Shown one piece after another: positions 38,201 to 52,547 of a stretch of DNA of 64,000 nt; the first letter of the stretch is position 1; the number at the start of each line of letters is the position of its first letter. The notes below the pieces were generated by a model. It was not told where the DNA came from. It did no database searches and saw only the letters and a program-made list of their open reading frames with translations. The stretch is from Botryllus schlosseri (lineage: Eukaryota): assembly GCA_051294905.1 (NCBI GenBank), contig CM119372.1:20400001-20464000 (forward strand), written 5' to 3'. The position numbers and the translations under genes are program-made.

Positions 38201-41200
38201 TGTTGCTATCCTACAGTTGAGAGCATACCTGATCAGAAAGCAAAAACGCAGTGCCTATAAGAAAGGCTACCAAAATCGCGGAGAGCCACAGAGTGGTATG
38301 TAGAGGCTGAAGCAGTATACTTGGGTTGCTGAAAATAGCGACACTTGCTTCGTCGAACAGACGGACCGTTAGCCAAAGACTCTTCCTAGTCCAGATCAGC
38401 AAAACTGAATATACGTGATCAACGAAAATTAACACGTCGATTCGTTTTTACGAATGGAAGAGCGACGCATACTCCAGCTTATAAGAGTGAAAATAGTAGC
38501 TCCGATAGCAATCGGCAAGAGGAATTCGCTCTGATTGATCTTCTGAAGCATCAGGATTTGTGATAATCTGGCAGACGCGGACGAAACTGAACTTGTCGCA
38601 TTGGCTTCGATGCCAAGAATTTCTAAATAGCGAGCGTATATACATGAAAAAACTATCATGTAGCCTGCTATTACGCTATGCGCTGTCTCGCCTCTCGGTA
38701 CACGATATATATTACACTGCAGTCTACTAACGGTTTTGTATTTGTATTCGAATTTGTTTTTGACGCAAAACTACTTACTTGGGCTTTTGTAAAGTAGGAA
38801 GTAGTTTTCGGGTTGGTTTGCATTCCTTTTGCGAATAGCATGATCGTAATCATGCCGGGCGAAATAGCCCCTTTGTCATGGTGGTATAAATACGCTTCGA
38901 AAATAACTCTATTTGCAGTGTCATCAGTCACTTTGCGTTGCCGCGAAGATGCACCTCGAAATGTCCAAGGTCCGATATACTATACTAAAAGTACGCGACA
39001 CCTAGATCAAATCTACTTCTGACAACTACTTGCGTGAACACTTATCAGACGCTTCATCTTCTACTTCTACTCGAAGTAGATTTGGCCAGAGGTGGTCGAA
39101 GTTGGCAGCGTGTCTACTCAAGTAGAAGTAGAAGTGCAATTTCTAACTAAGTAAATAAGTAGGCCTATGTATTCTGGAATAGTTTTGCCTAGAAAACTGA
39201 AAACTGTTAAGCCGAAGTACTCCAAAAGCGTAACTGCTAGAAGTAGTGGAAGTCGGTAAAACATACTTGAAGTAGAAATAAAAGTAGAAGTACTTCGCTA
39301 GCGACTATCTCTGGTTTTGGCATGTATTGGCAATCTCTATGTCTACTTTTAATATAATTGAGTAGAACTTTATACCATTACTTCTACTTTTACTTGAGTA
39401 TAGCATACTGACTACTGTCACGTTCATTTCTTCTAAACTGCTTCCCGATTTTCATCCGCTCGCCTGAGTAATATGCGTAACAGCGCTCACCATTACCACT
39501 CGACAGGAGTGAACGCCATGCGTTCATGGCAGCGTCAGCCGGTATTTCTCCAATAGATACTCCATACGAATACCAAAGCCAAGCAGTTGCCGCGCCCGTT
39601 CCAAATCCGGCGATGATGATTAGGACGATGACCAACACTCGGGCAAAGAGCTGTTATGATAAGATGATATAAATGGAAACAATACAAGCACTATTAGCAG
39701 TCAATTTGTATTTCGAATTCCCGTGGAACGCTTATCGCTGCCAAGTTCGCTAGCTATTTTCAGAGGTGGTCAAAGTAGTCGAGTATACAAGTCGAAGTAC
39801 CGTTGTAAATTTCTACACAATTACTAGTAGTGGATATTTCCAAGTCATATCCAAACTAGGACCACTCAAGTGGCAGTAGAAATTGAAAGGTTCGAGAATT
39901 ACTGAAAAGGCAATACATCATCAAAAAAAAATTAAAATATTAACTTTTGATAATGACGTCATGAGTGGCACTGTGGCTACCTTGTCTATTAATAGCCTAA
40001 TAAGAGTTGACCTTGACGTGATGAAGTTCCTTCTGAAATTTTAGGGGTATACGCGCAACGCCAACAAAACTTGAAGGGGTCCGCGATCAAAAAAGTTTAA
40101 AAACTCGTGTCGGCATTTTTGACATTCCTGGTACAAAAGATCGGTTACACGTTGCCGTTACACCAATGTCCAATGGTAGCACGCTGCGAGCGTGGGATCA
40201 TCATCATTTTATTTAAATTGTTATCAAATCAATACACCACACTATGCGATATAATGAAAGGATAGGAGGGTGCCGAAACGACTTGGAGTAGTCTTTTAAT
40301 CAGACACTACATTGGCCTATACTGTATACACCATGTAAATAAGAGGGATGCACACTAGGGTTGTTCAGATTTGGGCATTTTTTTTAAATCTTGTTTTGCG
40401 TAATTGCAAATGATAGTTTAGTGCATAAAAACACTTCTAAAAGCGATTTTGGTCATTTTCATCGCGATCTTCCTTGCGCGCAAAGCCCCCAAAGACCCAC
40501 GGGCCAATTCTCCTTACTACCGACGATTCACCATTCCTGGTTTGTAGCTTTAGTGAAGTTTGCGGTAGAAAACGGCTGAGTAGAGCTGGGAAGTATCAGG
40601 TTGAATTATCTTTTTGCCGATTGAACATACCTACATTCCTATACATTCCAAATGTGGTTCACCTTCCCGTTTTTGACATAGGTAGCCGCGTGGTAGGCCT
40701 ATGTATGAACGAATACCGGCATTTTCTGCTTGTTTCAACTCAGTAAATGTTAATCAAAGACATATTGTATATGAATGTAATTTCGTCTTAATAGTAGCTC
40801 CAATTCGCCTAATGCGCATCAGGTTTGCAGTATTTAATGCGTCTGAAGGAAAGTTGACCCCCCCCCCCCCCACCTTCGAACACAAAAACTCAGGCCTGTA
40901 CTGTCCAAGAAGTTGTCACAGTAGCGAATACGGCCAAAATACCTAGGTTCATTGTGCAAATGTCAAAAGCTCACGATACTAGGCTTCTTCTCAAAAGATC
41001 ATGGTAGTTGAGTCTAAATGGGGGTCCTGATCCTCAACTAACAATGCATTCTGTCAGAAAACGTCCTCGGTGTTCTTACGGAAACAGAAACAATAATCTC
41101 AATGCATAGTTGTAAGCACATACCATAGTGGGTGACGACAATGACTAATATGCCATTTTGTAAGTAGTGTCAAAGTCGTTAATGACGCTGCTGAACGAGG

Positions 41201-43432
41201 AGTTAAACTCAACACCGACTTTTGCTTCGATCATCACAGATGATGAGCGCAAAAAAAAGTCTGCTGCAAGTTGTTGAGCTACACCATCAGAAGTATGACA
41301 ACTTCAATAAACCCACAATGAAATCCTATAAGCCTGCCTGAGACTAGAGCCTGTTGTTATCCACTTTTTGTTTTACGCTTACCCAATTCTCAATGTGCTT
41401 CAATGATAATAACTGTATTTTCATCCTTCACAATTGTCTCAATAAGTCACGTAAATGGTCGCCCTGCTATGTCCGGATTTGTGTTTTGCCTTATTCTGCT
41501 TTTCAAGTCTGATAAGGCAAATTTCCTTACAATAAATTCATCAAGTTTCAGAAACATTGTCTGTGCCATATCTTTTTTTTGTGAATTCAGTTGTAAGCAC
41601 ATACCATAGTGGGTGACGACAATGACCAATATGTATTGAGATTATTGTTTCTGTATCCGCAAGAACACCGTGGACGTTTTCTTACAGAATGCATTGGTAG
41701 TTGAGAATCAGGACCCCCATTTAGACTTAACTGTCATGATCTTTTGAGAAGAAGCCTAGTGTCGTGAGCTTTTGACATTTGCACAATGTACCTAGGTATT
41801 CTGGCCGTATTCGCTACTGTGACAACGCCTTGGACAGTAGAGGCCTGAATTTTTGTGTTCGGAGGTGGGGGCGGGGTCAACATTCCTTCAGACGCATTGA
41901 ATACTGATAACCTGATGCGGATTAGGTGAATTGGAGCTACTATAAAGATGAAGTTACATCCATACACAATATGTCTTTGATTAACATTTAGTTAATCAAG
42001 TTAAAACAAGCTGAAAATGCCTGTATTCGTTCATACATAGGCCTACCACGCGGCTACCTATGTCAAATACGGGAAGGTGAACCACATTTGGAATGTATAG
42101 GAATGTAGGTATGTTCAATCGGCAAAAAGATAATTCAACCTGATATTTCCCAGGTCTACTCAACCGTTTTCTACCGCAAACTTCACAAAAGCTACAACCC
42201 AGGAATGGTGAATCGTCGGTAGTAAGGAGAATTGACCCGTGGGTCTTTGGGGGCTTTGCGCGCAAGGAAGATCGCGATGAAAATGACCAAAATCGCTTTT
42301 AGAAGTGTTTTTATGCACTAAACTATCATTTGGAATTACGCAAAACAATATTCCAAAAAAATGCCCAAATCTGAACAACCCTAATGCACACTGAATAAAA
42401 GAAAGGATAACAAAAAAGTACGCGACCAAAATGCATGCGGCATGTGTCGGTATGCGAGGTCGATATGTCAGATTATGGTCTAGTAATCTTGCGGGCAGAC
42501 TGTAGTAGGCCTATTGATTCAGTAGAAATTTCTTGTATTTCGATTTTTGACTCGAGTCAATACACTAAAACATTGTGAATCGAGTCGGACTCGAGTCGAG
42601 TTATTATTCCAGTCACAATGCGAATGTTTCATAGGCAGAGCTGAATCGAGCGCGAATTTTTGCTTACCTGAAGTATGATGATGACAAGAAACGATGCACC
42701 AACGGCAATAAGAAGCAGGTATGTTAGCGTGGTTGCATTTTCCGCCACCGCCTGGATTGAACGCTGGGCAAAGTCGACCGTGCTTCTAATCTGAGTTGAA
42801 TCATTTGAAGCCGTGCCGTTCGTTGTTACAGCGGCAGCAGCTGCAAATAATGCCTGTTCCAGTCCTTTTCCCAGGGCTGAAAGTTGTTCAGGGACGCATC
42901 GATTAAGAATTGCCACATGAGGAACGACCACTCCACTGAGAGGACATATACGTCTCGTCAGTAGATCAGGAGAAACGTTGTAACCATTTTCCCGAACCAA
43001 GTCTTCGCAACTAGCAATATCGTCCGGGCAACTTTTAACGCAAAGAGCGCCCGATGACTGATTTACAAAACCAACCGCGGCCCTGGAAAAGCTGCGAAGA
43101 TCGGACAGAGCCAAGTTCAACTCAAACGTATAGGATGTCTTATCTAGACCTGAATTTTGTATCATGAGGTCAGTGCCATTTGTGGTTCTCTGCACCTTTG
43201 CGTTATCTTTTCTGCCGCAAATATTTCCCCAAGAATCCACTCCATATAGATATCTTTCTGGATTTCCAGCTGCGATTCCGTATTGAAGCACCAAGATTTC
43301 GACTGCAACAACGCTAGCGACGTAAAGAAAGAGAAAAGTTACATCTGTGCACTTCTTTGTCCGTACGGGGGTTGTCGTTGTTTCGTCTTTCAAGATTTTC
43401 ACTGCCGCGTCAGAGCCTATACAGCAACCCAT
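32219..43432 (-). CDS. Choline transporter-like protein (CTL/SLC44 family, CTL1-like N-terminus)
   Basis: Exons 43432-42668, 39650-39491 (or 39497), 38622-38473, 38404-38229, 36893-36762, 36694-36486, 36182-35965, 32514-32219 (about 700 aa; a further short last exon is possible). Motifs MGCC, KKCTD, YGVDSWGNICG, CVKSCP, NRCVP, YNLGSVALGSLI, CLGCFEKVLKYVNRNAYI and IDTIFLCFCDD. Confidence 0.92.
32650..33490 (+). mobile_element. tRNA-derived SINE interrupted by a MITE; second copy at about 37101-37420
   Basis: Head gaggagttagcaaagcggtgac, then the MITE insertion, then a B-box-like gttcgattcc (about 33147). The body is shared with 37101-37420. Confidence 0.6.
32672..33109 (+). mobile_element. 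hAT MITE family C (TAGGGTTGC ends, TTTAAAACA-rich)
   Basis: TSD GCGGTGAC/GTGGTGAC; an inverted copy lies at 34615-35045. Confidence 0.85.
33774..34213. mobile_element. MITE with TAGGGCAAGTTTT ends and GCAACTTTT repeats
   Basis: 13-bp terminal inverted repeat; an internal segment resembles family B; no clear TSD. Confidence 0.6.
34615..35045 (-). mobile_element. hAT MITE family C, inverted copy
   Basis: Reverse complement of 32672-33109. Confidence 0.8.
35283..35874. mobile_element. hAT MITE family D, rich in GACTCGAGTC palindromes
   Basis: Ends cagggttgtaa and ttacaaccctg; TSD CATTTTAA; fragments near 36225-36312 and 42548-42600. Confidence 0.88.
40356..42383. mobile_element. Non-autonomous foldback hAT element (hATm-like) with about 750-bp inverted arms
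   Basis: Arms 40356-41108 and 41630-42383; TSD ATGCACAC. The spacer encodes remnant VKVVNDAAERGVKLNTDF (41169-41222). Confidence 0.88.
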
Positions 43433-44206
43433 CCTCGATCTCGAAAATACACTCAATCAACAACAGTCGATAAAGGCCTACGTGAAGAATAAAATGTTGA
43501 CTTATCCAGTATGGGTTTCAGATGAACAAAACAAAAACTCTGTTTCGTCAGAACTGATGTAGAACTAATTGATGTGACGTCACAGAGTAAATGGTCGCGG
43601 ATAAAGTCCCAGAGAGAAGAAAAAGTTTGTGTGGGCTAATTTTGCCGTTATCATAGCTGTCGTTTAACTACTTCGTTGATTAGACTAGAAGTTTACAAAT
43701 AGCGAGCCGCTTCCCAAATTTGTATCGTGCTGAGACCTCCAAGTTTGAGTCACGAAATATTTTGGATTTACCGTGAATGTTATCCAAATCATTGCGAAGC
43801 AATCAGTCCTCTCTCCAACTTCTCTCACTATTAAAAAATTGCTTACGATCAGTGAGATGCGTCCCCCTTGACGATACAAAAAATCCGCGCTCCCGTTATC
43901 GTTAACTCAATGGAAGTGGGGTCGATAAAATTCCTTAGCCGTCACAATCCTGAACTGATGGGTTCTTAAAAAATCTTTATTGAATATATTCCGATATCAA
44001 CGTAGCTTCTGAAGAGAGTTTGCAACAAACTGCTTCGATACCTTGTTAATATGTTAATTTCAATACGAACAAATGACTATATAGGTTCAAAATGGCGTGG
44101 AATAGGAACGCTGAAAGGACACCTGAAAAATAAAAAGTCTAGAAGAAAATATGATGAAGCATTACTGCAGTACCGGCTTGCTTGTTGTGGTAAAGATGGG
44201 GTAAAG

Positions 44207-45695
44207 CAGGGGTTCTCAACCCGCGGCCCGCGGGCCGCATGCGGCCCGCAGACGTTTATTCTGCGGCCCGCGACATCTTTCATCATGAACGCAATTATTA
44301 GCGGCACGGTATTGTTACATATCAATTTAGCTACTTGGCTCTCTTATCGCACCGTCTCTGTTTCATTTGATTACTCATTCTTTGATGTGTTCTGGATTCT
44401 TGATATACGCTCGAGTTTAGATTGTTATTGTTTTGAATCGCCATTCCGCTGGATTCTGGTTCAAGGGGACCCCGCTTCGTAAAACACGTTTAAGGGGTGT
44501 TTTACTCACCGCGAATGATTTGAACAGAAACTGTAACAAGAAACAGGACATTAAACGTCGAAAACTGGGTTTGTAACTCTGCGCGCAACAATGAATTTGC
44601 TTTCTCGGATATAAACGGAAAACCAATGTGTCGTATCTGTCGAAGAACACTTGTAGTAAAGAAGGGTTGAAGCTTACAATGGTACCACGACAGTTTCTTC
44701 CGGAGCTACACATATCACCTGATCTTAGAAAAAACGCTGCTATCTAGGTGTCAAACCAAGCAATCCAAATTTCGAGACATTGTTAAAATTGCCGACGACG
44801 TTACAGACACATCGTTCAAAATTGATTGGAATATCGCTAAGCCAAAGAAATCTGTTAGAGAAGGTGTATTTCAATTCAACTTTAACATAATATGGGAATA
44901 TTCGCTGTTTCCGTAGCTTAGCACCAAGGACAACATCACCTGACAAATTTCGACGCTACAGTTGTCTGATTCAACCGTGACCAGATGAGTAACAGCAATG
45001 TCAGTCGATCTTTTACCGCATGTTCTGAAACACGCTGACGTGAAGACTACTCTATAGCCTCGCATTGGACGAATCCACTGGCTCCACATACATTGCAGCT
45101 CTAATTATCTGGGTACATTTATCAGAGTGGACATATTTGCAGACGAAATGCTGGCGGGGCAAAAGTGGGGAAGGACCAGCGAAAAACATCAACTTGACAA
45201 AGTTGACTTTTGTAACTATGGAAGGAAAGGAGACTGGTTGATTGGTTTGCTCAGAAATGACCCTGAATGCCAGACTTCTTCTCATATATTTGCAAGCTTA
45301 AAGTGATAATTGCCTCTGTACCGACAAAAGTGACAGTAATTCAATGCTTGCTTGCTCGCTCACGCATTGAAACAGAGAGTTCGGTTCTCTGGTGGAAGAG
45401 TTTGAAGGTGCATTATAACGACTTGGTAACGAATGCAATGCACGCTTCATGAAGGGATTTACTTGCGCTGCTGGAAGATACTTATTCTCACAAAAATATA
45501 GCAACTGCAAACTCACTAACGCGTCCCTCAAAATCAAAATCTCCTAAATGCCCGTATATGATCGGTAAAAAGGCGCGCTACAGAAGCCCAACTTTAATAG
45601 TAGCCCAAAAGTACACAGTAATAATGTTCTGCGGCCCGCAGCGTCATTTACTGTTGAAATGCGGCCCGTTATACAACGGAAGTTGAGAACCCCTG
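44207..45695 (+). mobile_element. Defective hAT (Charlie/SPIN-like) transposon
   Basis: Ends caggggttctcaac and gttgagaacccctg; TSD GGGTAAAG; transposase scraps KPMCRIC and YSLALDEST (about 45053-45079). Confidence 0.9.
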
Positions 45696-46104
45696 GGGTA
45701 AAGAATTCAGTTTGACTAATTTGTATTGGAGCTTTCACTCCATAAAGCTCAGACACTTAACACATAAAGTATTTCACCGGAAATATACTCTTTGCAAACT
45801 GTTGACGATACCCTTCGCCATGTTTCATCGTCTCACGGCAAGCCGTGAGGGGGTGACGTAGCCTATATGTCAAAGGATGATGGCCTGGCCATGGTCAAAG
45901 TCAAAATTATCAATACAAGCGCATCCGATCGCAATAGTCTGACGATAAATAGTTTTTTTTCGTGACCATTCGTTTCGCTGAATATATTAATTGTCCAATA
46001 TCCACTAAAATGGTAGTTGATATTTGCGTTAACATTAAAAGAAATTTTATCGATAAATATCAATATCGCGGGGTCGCCTAGAATCTGCCTTGCATAATGG
46101 GGGC

Positions 46105-46290
46105 TTCTTGGAGGTACATAAGCTCAATATGCAATTATGAACCCGAATATTTTTGGCTGACACTCGTCAGGGTTAGCCTAATCGTCAGCGACGTCAGCAA
46201 ATAGTAGAAAATGGGAAAGAACATAGCATTCTATATCAACAATCGTATCCGGTATCCCAAAATAAATCGCCCCGGCATGAAATTTCGAAT
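46105..46290 (-). mobile_element. Degenerate copy of the hammerhead-bearing repeat
   Basis: Aligns to 4455-4640; core GAAA is mutated to AAAA; carries a GCCTA insertion at 46176-46180. Confidence 0.7.
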
Positions 46291-46843
46291 GATCGGGGCG
46301 AAGAGAGAACTACGCAGGGTGTTCGTATATGAACTATTCTGCCAGTTAACACTTTGACTGCCAACAATCCTAAATTTAGGATTTTACTTAATCCCATAGA
46401 GTGCCAACGATCCTATATTTAGGATATTTTTCCTATGCGTACAGTGAAGTCCAGAATTGGTTCTATCCCCGGATTACGGGTGTATTCGAGGCTACTCATA
46501 AGGCTTGTTGTCAGAAACAGCCATTTTCGTTACCGGAAGTATTTTTTAAAAATCGCATCTGTATACAATAGGCCAACCATTTTTGGTTTGACCAATAGAT
46601 GGCTTTTCATAAAATGAGCATCCAAAAAATTGCAATATTTTTAAAACTGCTTGATATTGAATTTTTTTTTTATAAGATGCACAAGGTGTACACTTATCAG
46701 CACGCCCGATTCCAGCTAAATATCCAACTAGTCGAAAATTCATTGTTTGCTGGCGTTTACTGGTGATTTCCATAATAGGCCTTGGAAGCTAAAGTGTTAA
46801 GTATATTGTAAGCTGCTGTATCCGTAACTCATGGACTCGTTGT

Positions 46844-47241
46844 CAGTGGTGGCTTTTGGGGTGGGCGAGGTGGGTGGTCGCCCGGGGTCTTCCTGGTCGA
46901 AGGGGCCCTCTCTTAGGTTTAAGCACTTTTTACAAGGGTTTTAGCGAATAGACGGGGAAATCTGTGTACCGATCAAGATGATGATTCCGTACAGATTGGT
47001 CAATCATCAAATTTCTGCATTTGTAAGAACTGTCACATATCCCGATAATCATCAAGTCTCTGCATGCGGTAGAGGTACTTAGTTTAGATGTAGTCTATCC
47101 TTTCAACCATGCAATAATAGATATGGCCGAATCCAGCGCCTGGCTCAAACCTTGAGTCCCCCAGAGGCTGCGATTACATACTTACAGCCCCCCCCCCCCC
47201 GAAGTCTCGTCCAGGACCCGCCAATCGTCGGGCCACTACTG
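46844..47241. mobile_element. hAT (Tip100-like) MITE
   Basis: Ends cagtggtggc and gccactactg; TSD CTCGTTGT. Confidence 0.85.
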
Positions 47242-48163
47242 CTCGTTGTATATCATTACAGACTAATGGACAGACAGCCCTGCCTTCCATCAATGCCTAT
47301 CTGTCATCCAGATAAGAAAGTGTATTAATGCTCAGCTACTTTTTTACTAATACTAAATCTCCAAAATCATACAAATCATAAAGAAGTATACGTTTACTAA
47401 CTAGAAGCAACAAAATCATCGGGTGTTGACAAGAGAGTGTAACTATCTCAATCCATCGTTGAATTAATCGTTTATTACCGATTTCACCAGCTCAGTAACA
47501 AAGAAGTTATATTGTTCCGGGTAGGCCTACTCAAGTATACCAATAGGTTTATAACCACTTGTTTTACTAACTTGGGATGTTGGTAAATTACTTCTTCATT
47601 TAAAAATTTTGCAAAGTATAAAGCAGGTTCATGATGGACTTCCATTGTTCAAGTTAGCAAAACTACGATAAATGAGAATATAATCAAGCAGTAGGCCTAG
47701 GCCTATAGAGCATGTAAGTCAATTTATTATTATTACTTCGAATTCGCGACTATGCTTACTGGTAACACTATTTGCCATTCCACGTGTCTTTTGCGTTTTA
47801 GAAAATTGCTGCGGGGCATTGAATTAGTTATGTTTGAGACGTGTTGTCCTGATGCATTCTAGTCGTAATCGCGAGCAGATGGTGCCGAATTGAAGTGAAA
47901 AAATCACTCGAGGATAGTGCTGACCACAACTATAGGAAGCATAAACATCAGCGGACAATATCATAGTCGGACGGGTAGCCTACATGCAGCCTCCAGAATA
48001 GGGCCACACAATATTCAGCTATAGGCTACCGAGCATTGAAATCCGAGCAACAGCAAATGCGTTTCATCAGCTTTCAGAAAAGAATCCTTGTAGTATTACA
48101 ATTACATGGACTTCACTGTTATACAAACACATCTATTCAGATAATTATTGTCTCTACTGATGA

Positions 48164-48950
<787 letters not shown>

Positions 48951-50057
48951 ATTTCAAGATATATTGTAGGATGCTCATTCTTTGTAAATTTATGCGACTT
49001 GAGGTCTTGAATAAAGTAGACCTACCTCTACTTTTGTGTACCTAAATCGAATCACACGTGGCATTTTAAGTTTAGTCGACTATTATTCAAATATATACAG
49101 CAACGTCATGGTACGAACCGTCTGGATTTGTGCTTATTTTATTTGCTTCCCAAATCTCGCCCCTCTGTAACTTAGTTTAAATCAGGGGTGTCAAACATAC
49201 GGCCCGCGGGCCGCATCAGGCCCGCCAGACGATTTCATCCGGCCCGCGAAGCAATTCTGAGTAGAATGAAATATGCTGGAATTATCCCGCACCTTTGTAA
49301 AAAATGTTGAGATTTTTGAAGGAAACACTTCCATTAATTAATCCCTCAAAACAGCAAAAACCCGGCGTGTTCATAGGCCACTAACTACCGGACTGCGGTG
49401 TTGCGGTTTTACTCGTGTTACCATTAGTATAGGGTTACCATACGTCAGGGGCGGGCAACTTCTCCAGTCGGCGGGCCGGATTGCTGAATCGATACATTAA
49501 TAGCCCATTTATCCACATATACAAGGAATAAATCGTATTTAATGAATGTATTTTAACGACAGCAATGTAACTTCAAAGCCATTTCTCGCCAACAATGACG
49601 AAGACAATGTGGATTTGAGAACAGCATTGTCATACAGGCACCACCATGCCTGCTTCTCTCTGATCAATCAATACACGGTGCAATTATTAATTTATATTTC
49701 AAGGCGTTCGATAAGCCCGGTAACCCAAGTTTACCAATATATCAATTCTGTAGGGTTTAGTAGGTGACGAGATAGCGTGATTGTTCATGTTCAACTATGT
49801 GGCCTATTTTATCTCGATATTGAATTCGTGGGGGCCGCGGGACGCGGGACGCTTAAATTTGAAAGTGGCCCCGACCCGTTTTGAGTTGGCGACCCCTGGC
49901 ATAAGCGGTGTCTTACAGAAGCCTATAGAAGTGTGCCGTGCTACAAGTCGACGGTTACGGAATCAAAAATAAGAAATATCGGCCTGGTGTAAATGACCAT
50001 TGCAGTCGACGAACACCATCATGATTACCACAAATGGCATTATGGTTGAGTACATCG

Positions 50058-50485
50058 CAGAGATGAGCATGGATTAGGATTAGGTTTTGAAAAAACAGGA
50101 TTTGTGAAATTTTGTCGGATTTGGATTGGATTTGGATTAGACATTTTTTTCTGAATGGATTAGGATTTGGATTGGATTGACCTATTTTCTGGGAGATTGA
50201 AATGTCGTGTGGCGAATGGCGACAAACTTTATTCAGATCAGTTATTAATGTACTTATGGTAACTAAGTTATCTTGAATCAAGTGAATCGTTGGTTGTGAA
50301 AGAAAATTTTCGAATCCCTCCATTGCATAAATCTAGTATTTTTTCTGAATTTCCAGTTGGAATCGGATTAGGATTGGACATGGACTTGAATATGAAAAAG
50401 TTATGGATTAGGATTTGGATATGGATTTGAAGGTTCGGATTTGGATTGGATTAGGACATAGAAATTTCAAATCCGCTCACCTCTG
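50058..50485 (+). mobile_element. hAT MITE family A, full length
   Basis: Ends cagagatgagc and gctcacctctg; TSD GTACATCG; GGATT(A/T) subterminal repeats. Confidence 0.92.
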
Positions 50486-50595
50486 GTACATCGTAAATGC
50501 CGATCGTGCAATAAGTCTTCTCGCTTAGACGAATTTACGCGTAAGCTCCACCCTCGCTCGCTGTGCAAGTGCGCATACATGTGTATAATGACATA

Positions 50596-52547
50596 CAGTG
50601 GCGGCTCGTGACAATATCGGGTGGTGGGGCAAGGGCTGCAAGCGACTTTTTATCAAGATGACGTCACAATCGCGTTTTCCAACGTAAACAAGTAACTTAA
50701 TGATGGTACGGTAACATGAATTCCCGGCAACAGTGATTTTAATTTTTAATGTATGTGCCACGAGACTCGAGAGGTCCGCCGGTGAGCTGTGACTTGAAGT
50801 ATGGTAACTGCGTAAACGGCGTACGGAAAAAAGATTCAACACGGTTCATGTTCGCACTAGGCCTGACTAATTATCTGCAGAAATGGAAATGACTATAACT
50901 CGAGAGATAGCGTAAGCCTAATTGGAAAGGTCAACGAGTTCGGACAGATACGCAATTGTTATCTCATAGATTGGGCCTGTCATATTGAATCCAAAACATC
51001 ATTCTGAAGAACTAAGAATAGCAGCCTCGGAAATTCGGTCTCGGTACAGCATAGAAGATTTTGACCTTGAAACTGGAGACTGTAACACGACACATACGGC
51101 TTTATTACTGTCTATAGGTCTGCTGCGAAATCGCCTTTGGAATATATATATTACCGAATAAATACGTGGATGAAAGCCTTAAACTTAGTACACTGTTACA
51201 TGACATCATCGAGAAGTGTCCTCATGGCCCTTTTCGGTATGGCACACTGTCAAAATTAATGCGAACAGACCAACACCGAATTTTGCGTAAAATTTACTGA
51301 GGAATAGGCTGATCAAGTGATCAGCTGTTAGCCGCCATCGAAAACTAAATAGCTATCGCGCTTGAGGGGGTTGTAAGCAAATGGCTTGACGGCCACAATT
51401 TCACGGTGAAATTGACATTGGAGGATATAATATCAAAGTAAATATTTGAATGGAATCTGAGAATGATATCATCATCTCAGTTAACGTTACCGCAGATACA
51501 ACGGCTTTTGCGTGATATCCGCAATGCGTTGAAGGCTAAAGTGTCAGATCGGAGCGCATCTCTACCATGCTCGACCTTGATAACGAAATTACTGCCCTAA
51601 TCATTGAGTGTCAACCTTGAGACTTGGCATAGCGTTCGATATAAAAATCAAGACATACTGTTCAAAAGCTTATGACGGATCTAGGTAAGGAGCATCGTTA
51701 AAATCAATAGAGACCAATACCGGCTTTGCGTATAATCTGTTAGCGATAAATGAGAGTCAGCTCTCACTCGAATTAGGAAACGAAATTACCACTAACACAG
51801 TTCAGTGACAAACTTTACACTTGGTACAGCGTTCGATACTAACGTTAAGACTTACCGTGCCAAATGTCATAACCGATCTCAGTATTGAACATCGTCAAAA
51901 TCAATGGATTGGATACCAATACCAGCTTTTGAGTAACATCTGTTTGCGATACATGAAGGATCAGCACACACTCAACTTCGGAAACGGAATTACTACCCTA
52001 AACTTTAAGTAAAAACCCTGAAACTTGGGGCAGTGTTAAATACCACCATCACGACATGACATACCAAGTTTCAAGAGTTTTCATGGTGTGAAACACCATC
52101 AAAATCGACCTATACCACCAAAGGTCGACTAAACGCATATGACGGTAACCGAGTTCAGCTATAGATACGATTGTTACATCACACCTTAAGGGCACAGAGC
52201 TAATTTGCCCCGGTTGCTCGGTCATTTTATGAATAGGAGAGAGTAAATTACCGTTTCTTTATTGTGCGCGGCTTTGAGAGAATAGACAGTGAAAGCTTGT
52301 TATGAGCGCTACCGGGGCATGCCCCGGCTAGGCATTCGCAAAGCAAAAACACAGAAGAGAATTCGATTTTCGTAGAGACTTCGCTATATATGGGCATTCA
52401 CAAGCGAAAGGACAAGAAGAATACGATTTTCGCTGTGGTTTCGGTATATATAGATTGGTGTGCGTCTATAAATGGTAAAGAATTGTTATTGAAGAGAATT
52501 TTAGGTGGGGCAATGCCCCAGTTGCCCTATAGGACGAGCCGCCACTG
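50596..52547. mobile_element. Defective hAT-like element with apparent 6-bp TSD
   Basis: Ends cagtggcggctcgt and acgagccgccactg (14-bp perfect TIR), flanked by GACATA on both sides. Confidence 0.8.

Noticed and set aside
40391..42429. Paired ORFs MRAKPPKTHG... on opposite strands
   Set aside because: By-products of the inverted arms of the foldback element; no recognisable domain.
49955..50323. Recurring ORFs (MEGFENFLSQPT..., also at 16756, 59868 and 63137)
   Set aside because: All lie within copies of non-coding MITE family A; not a gene family.
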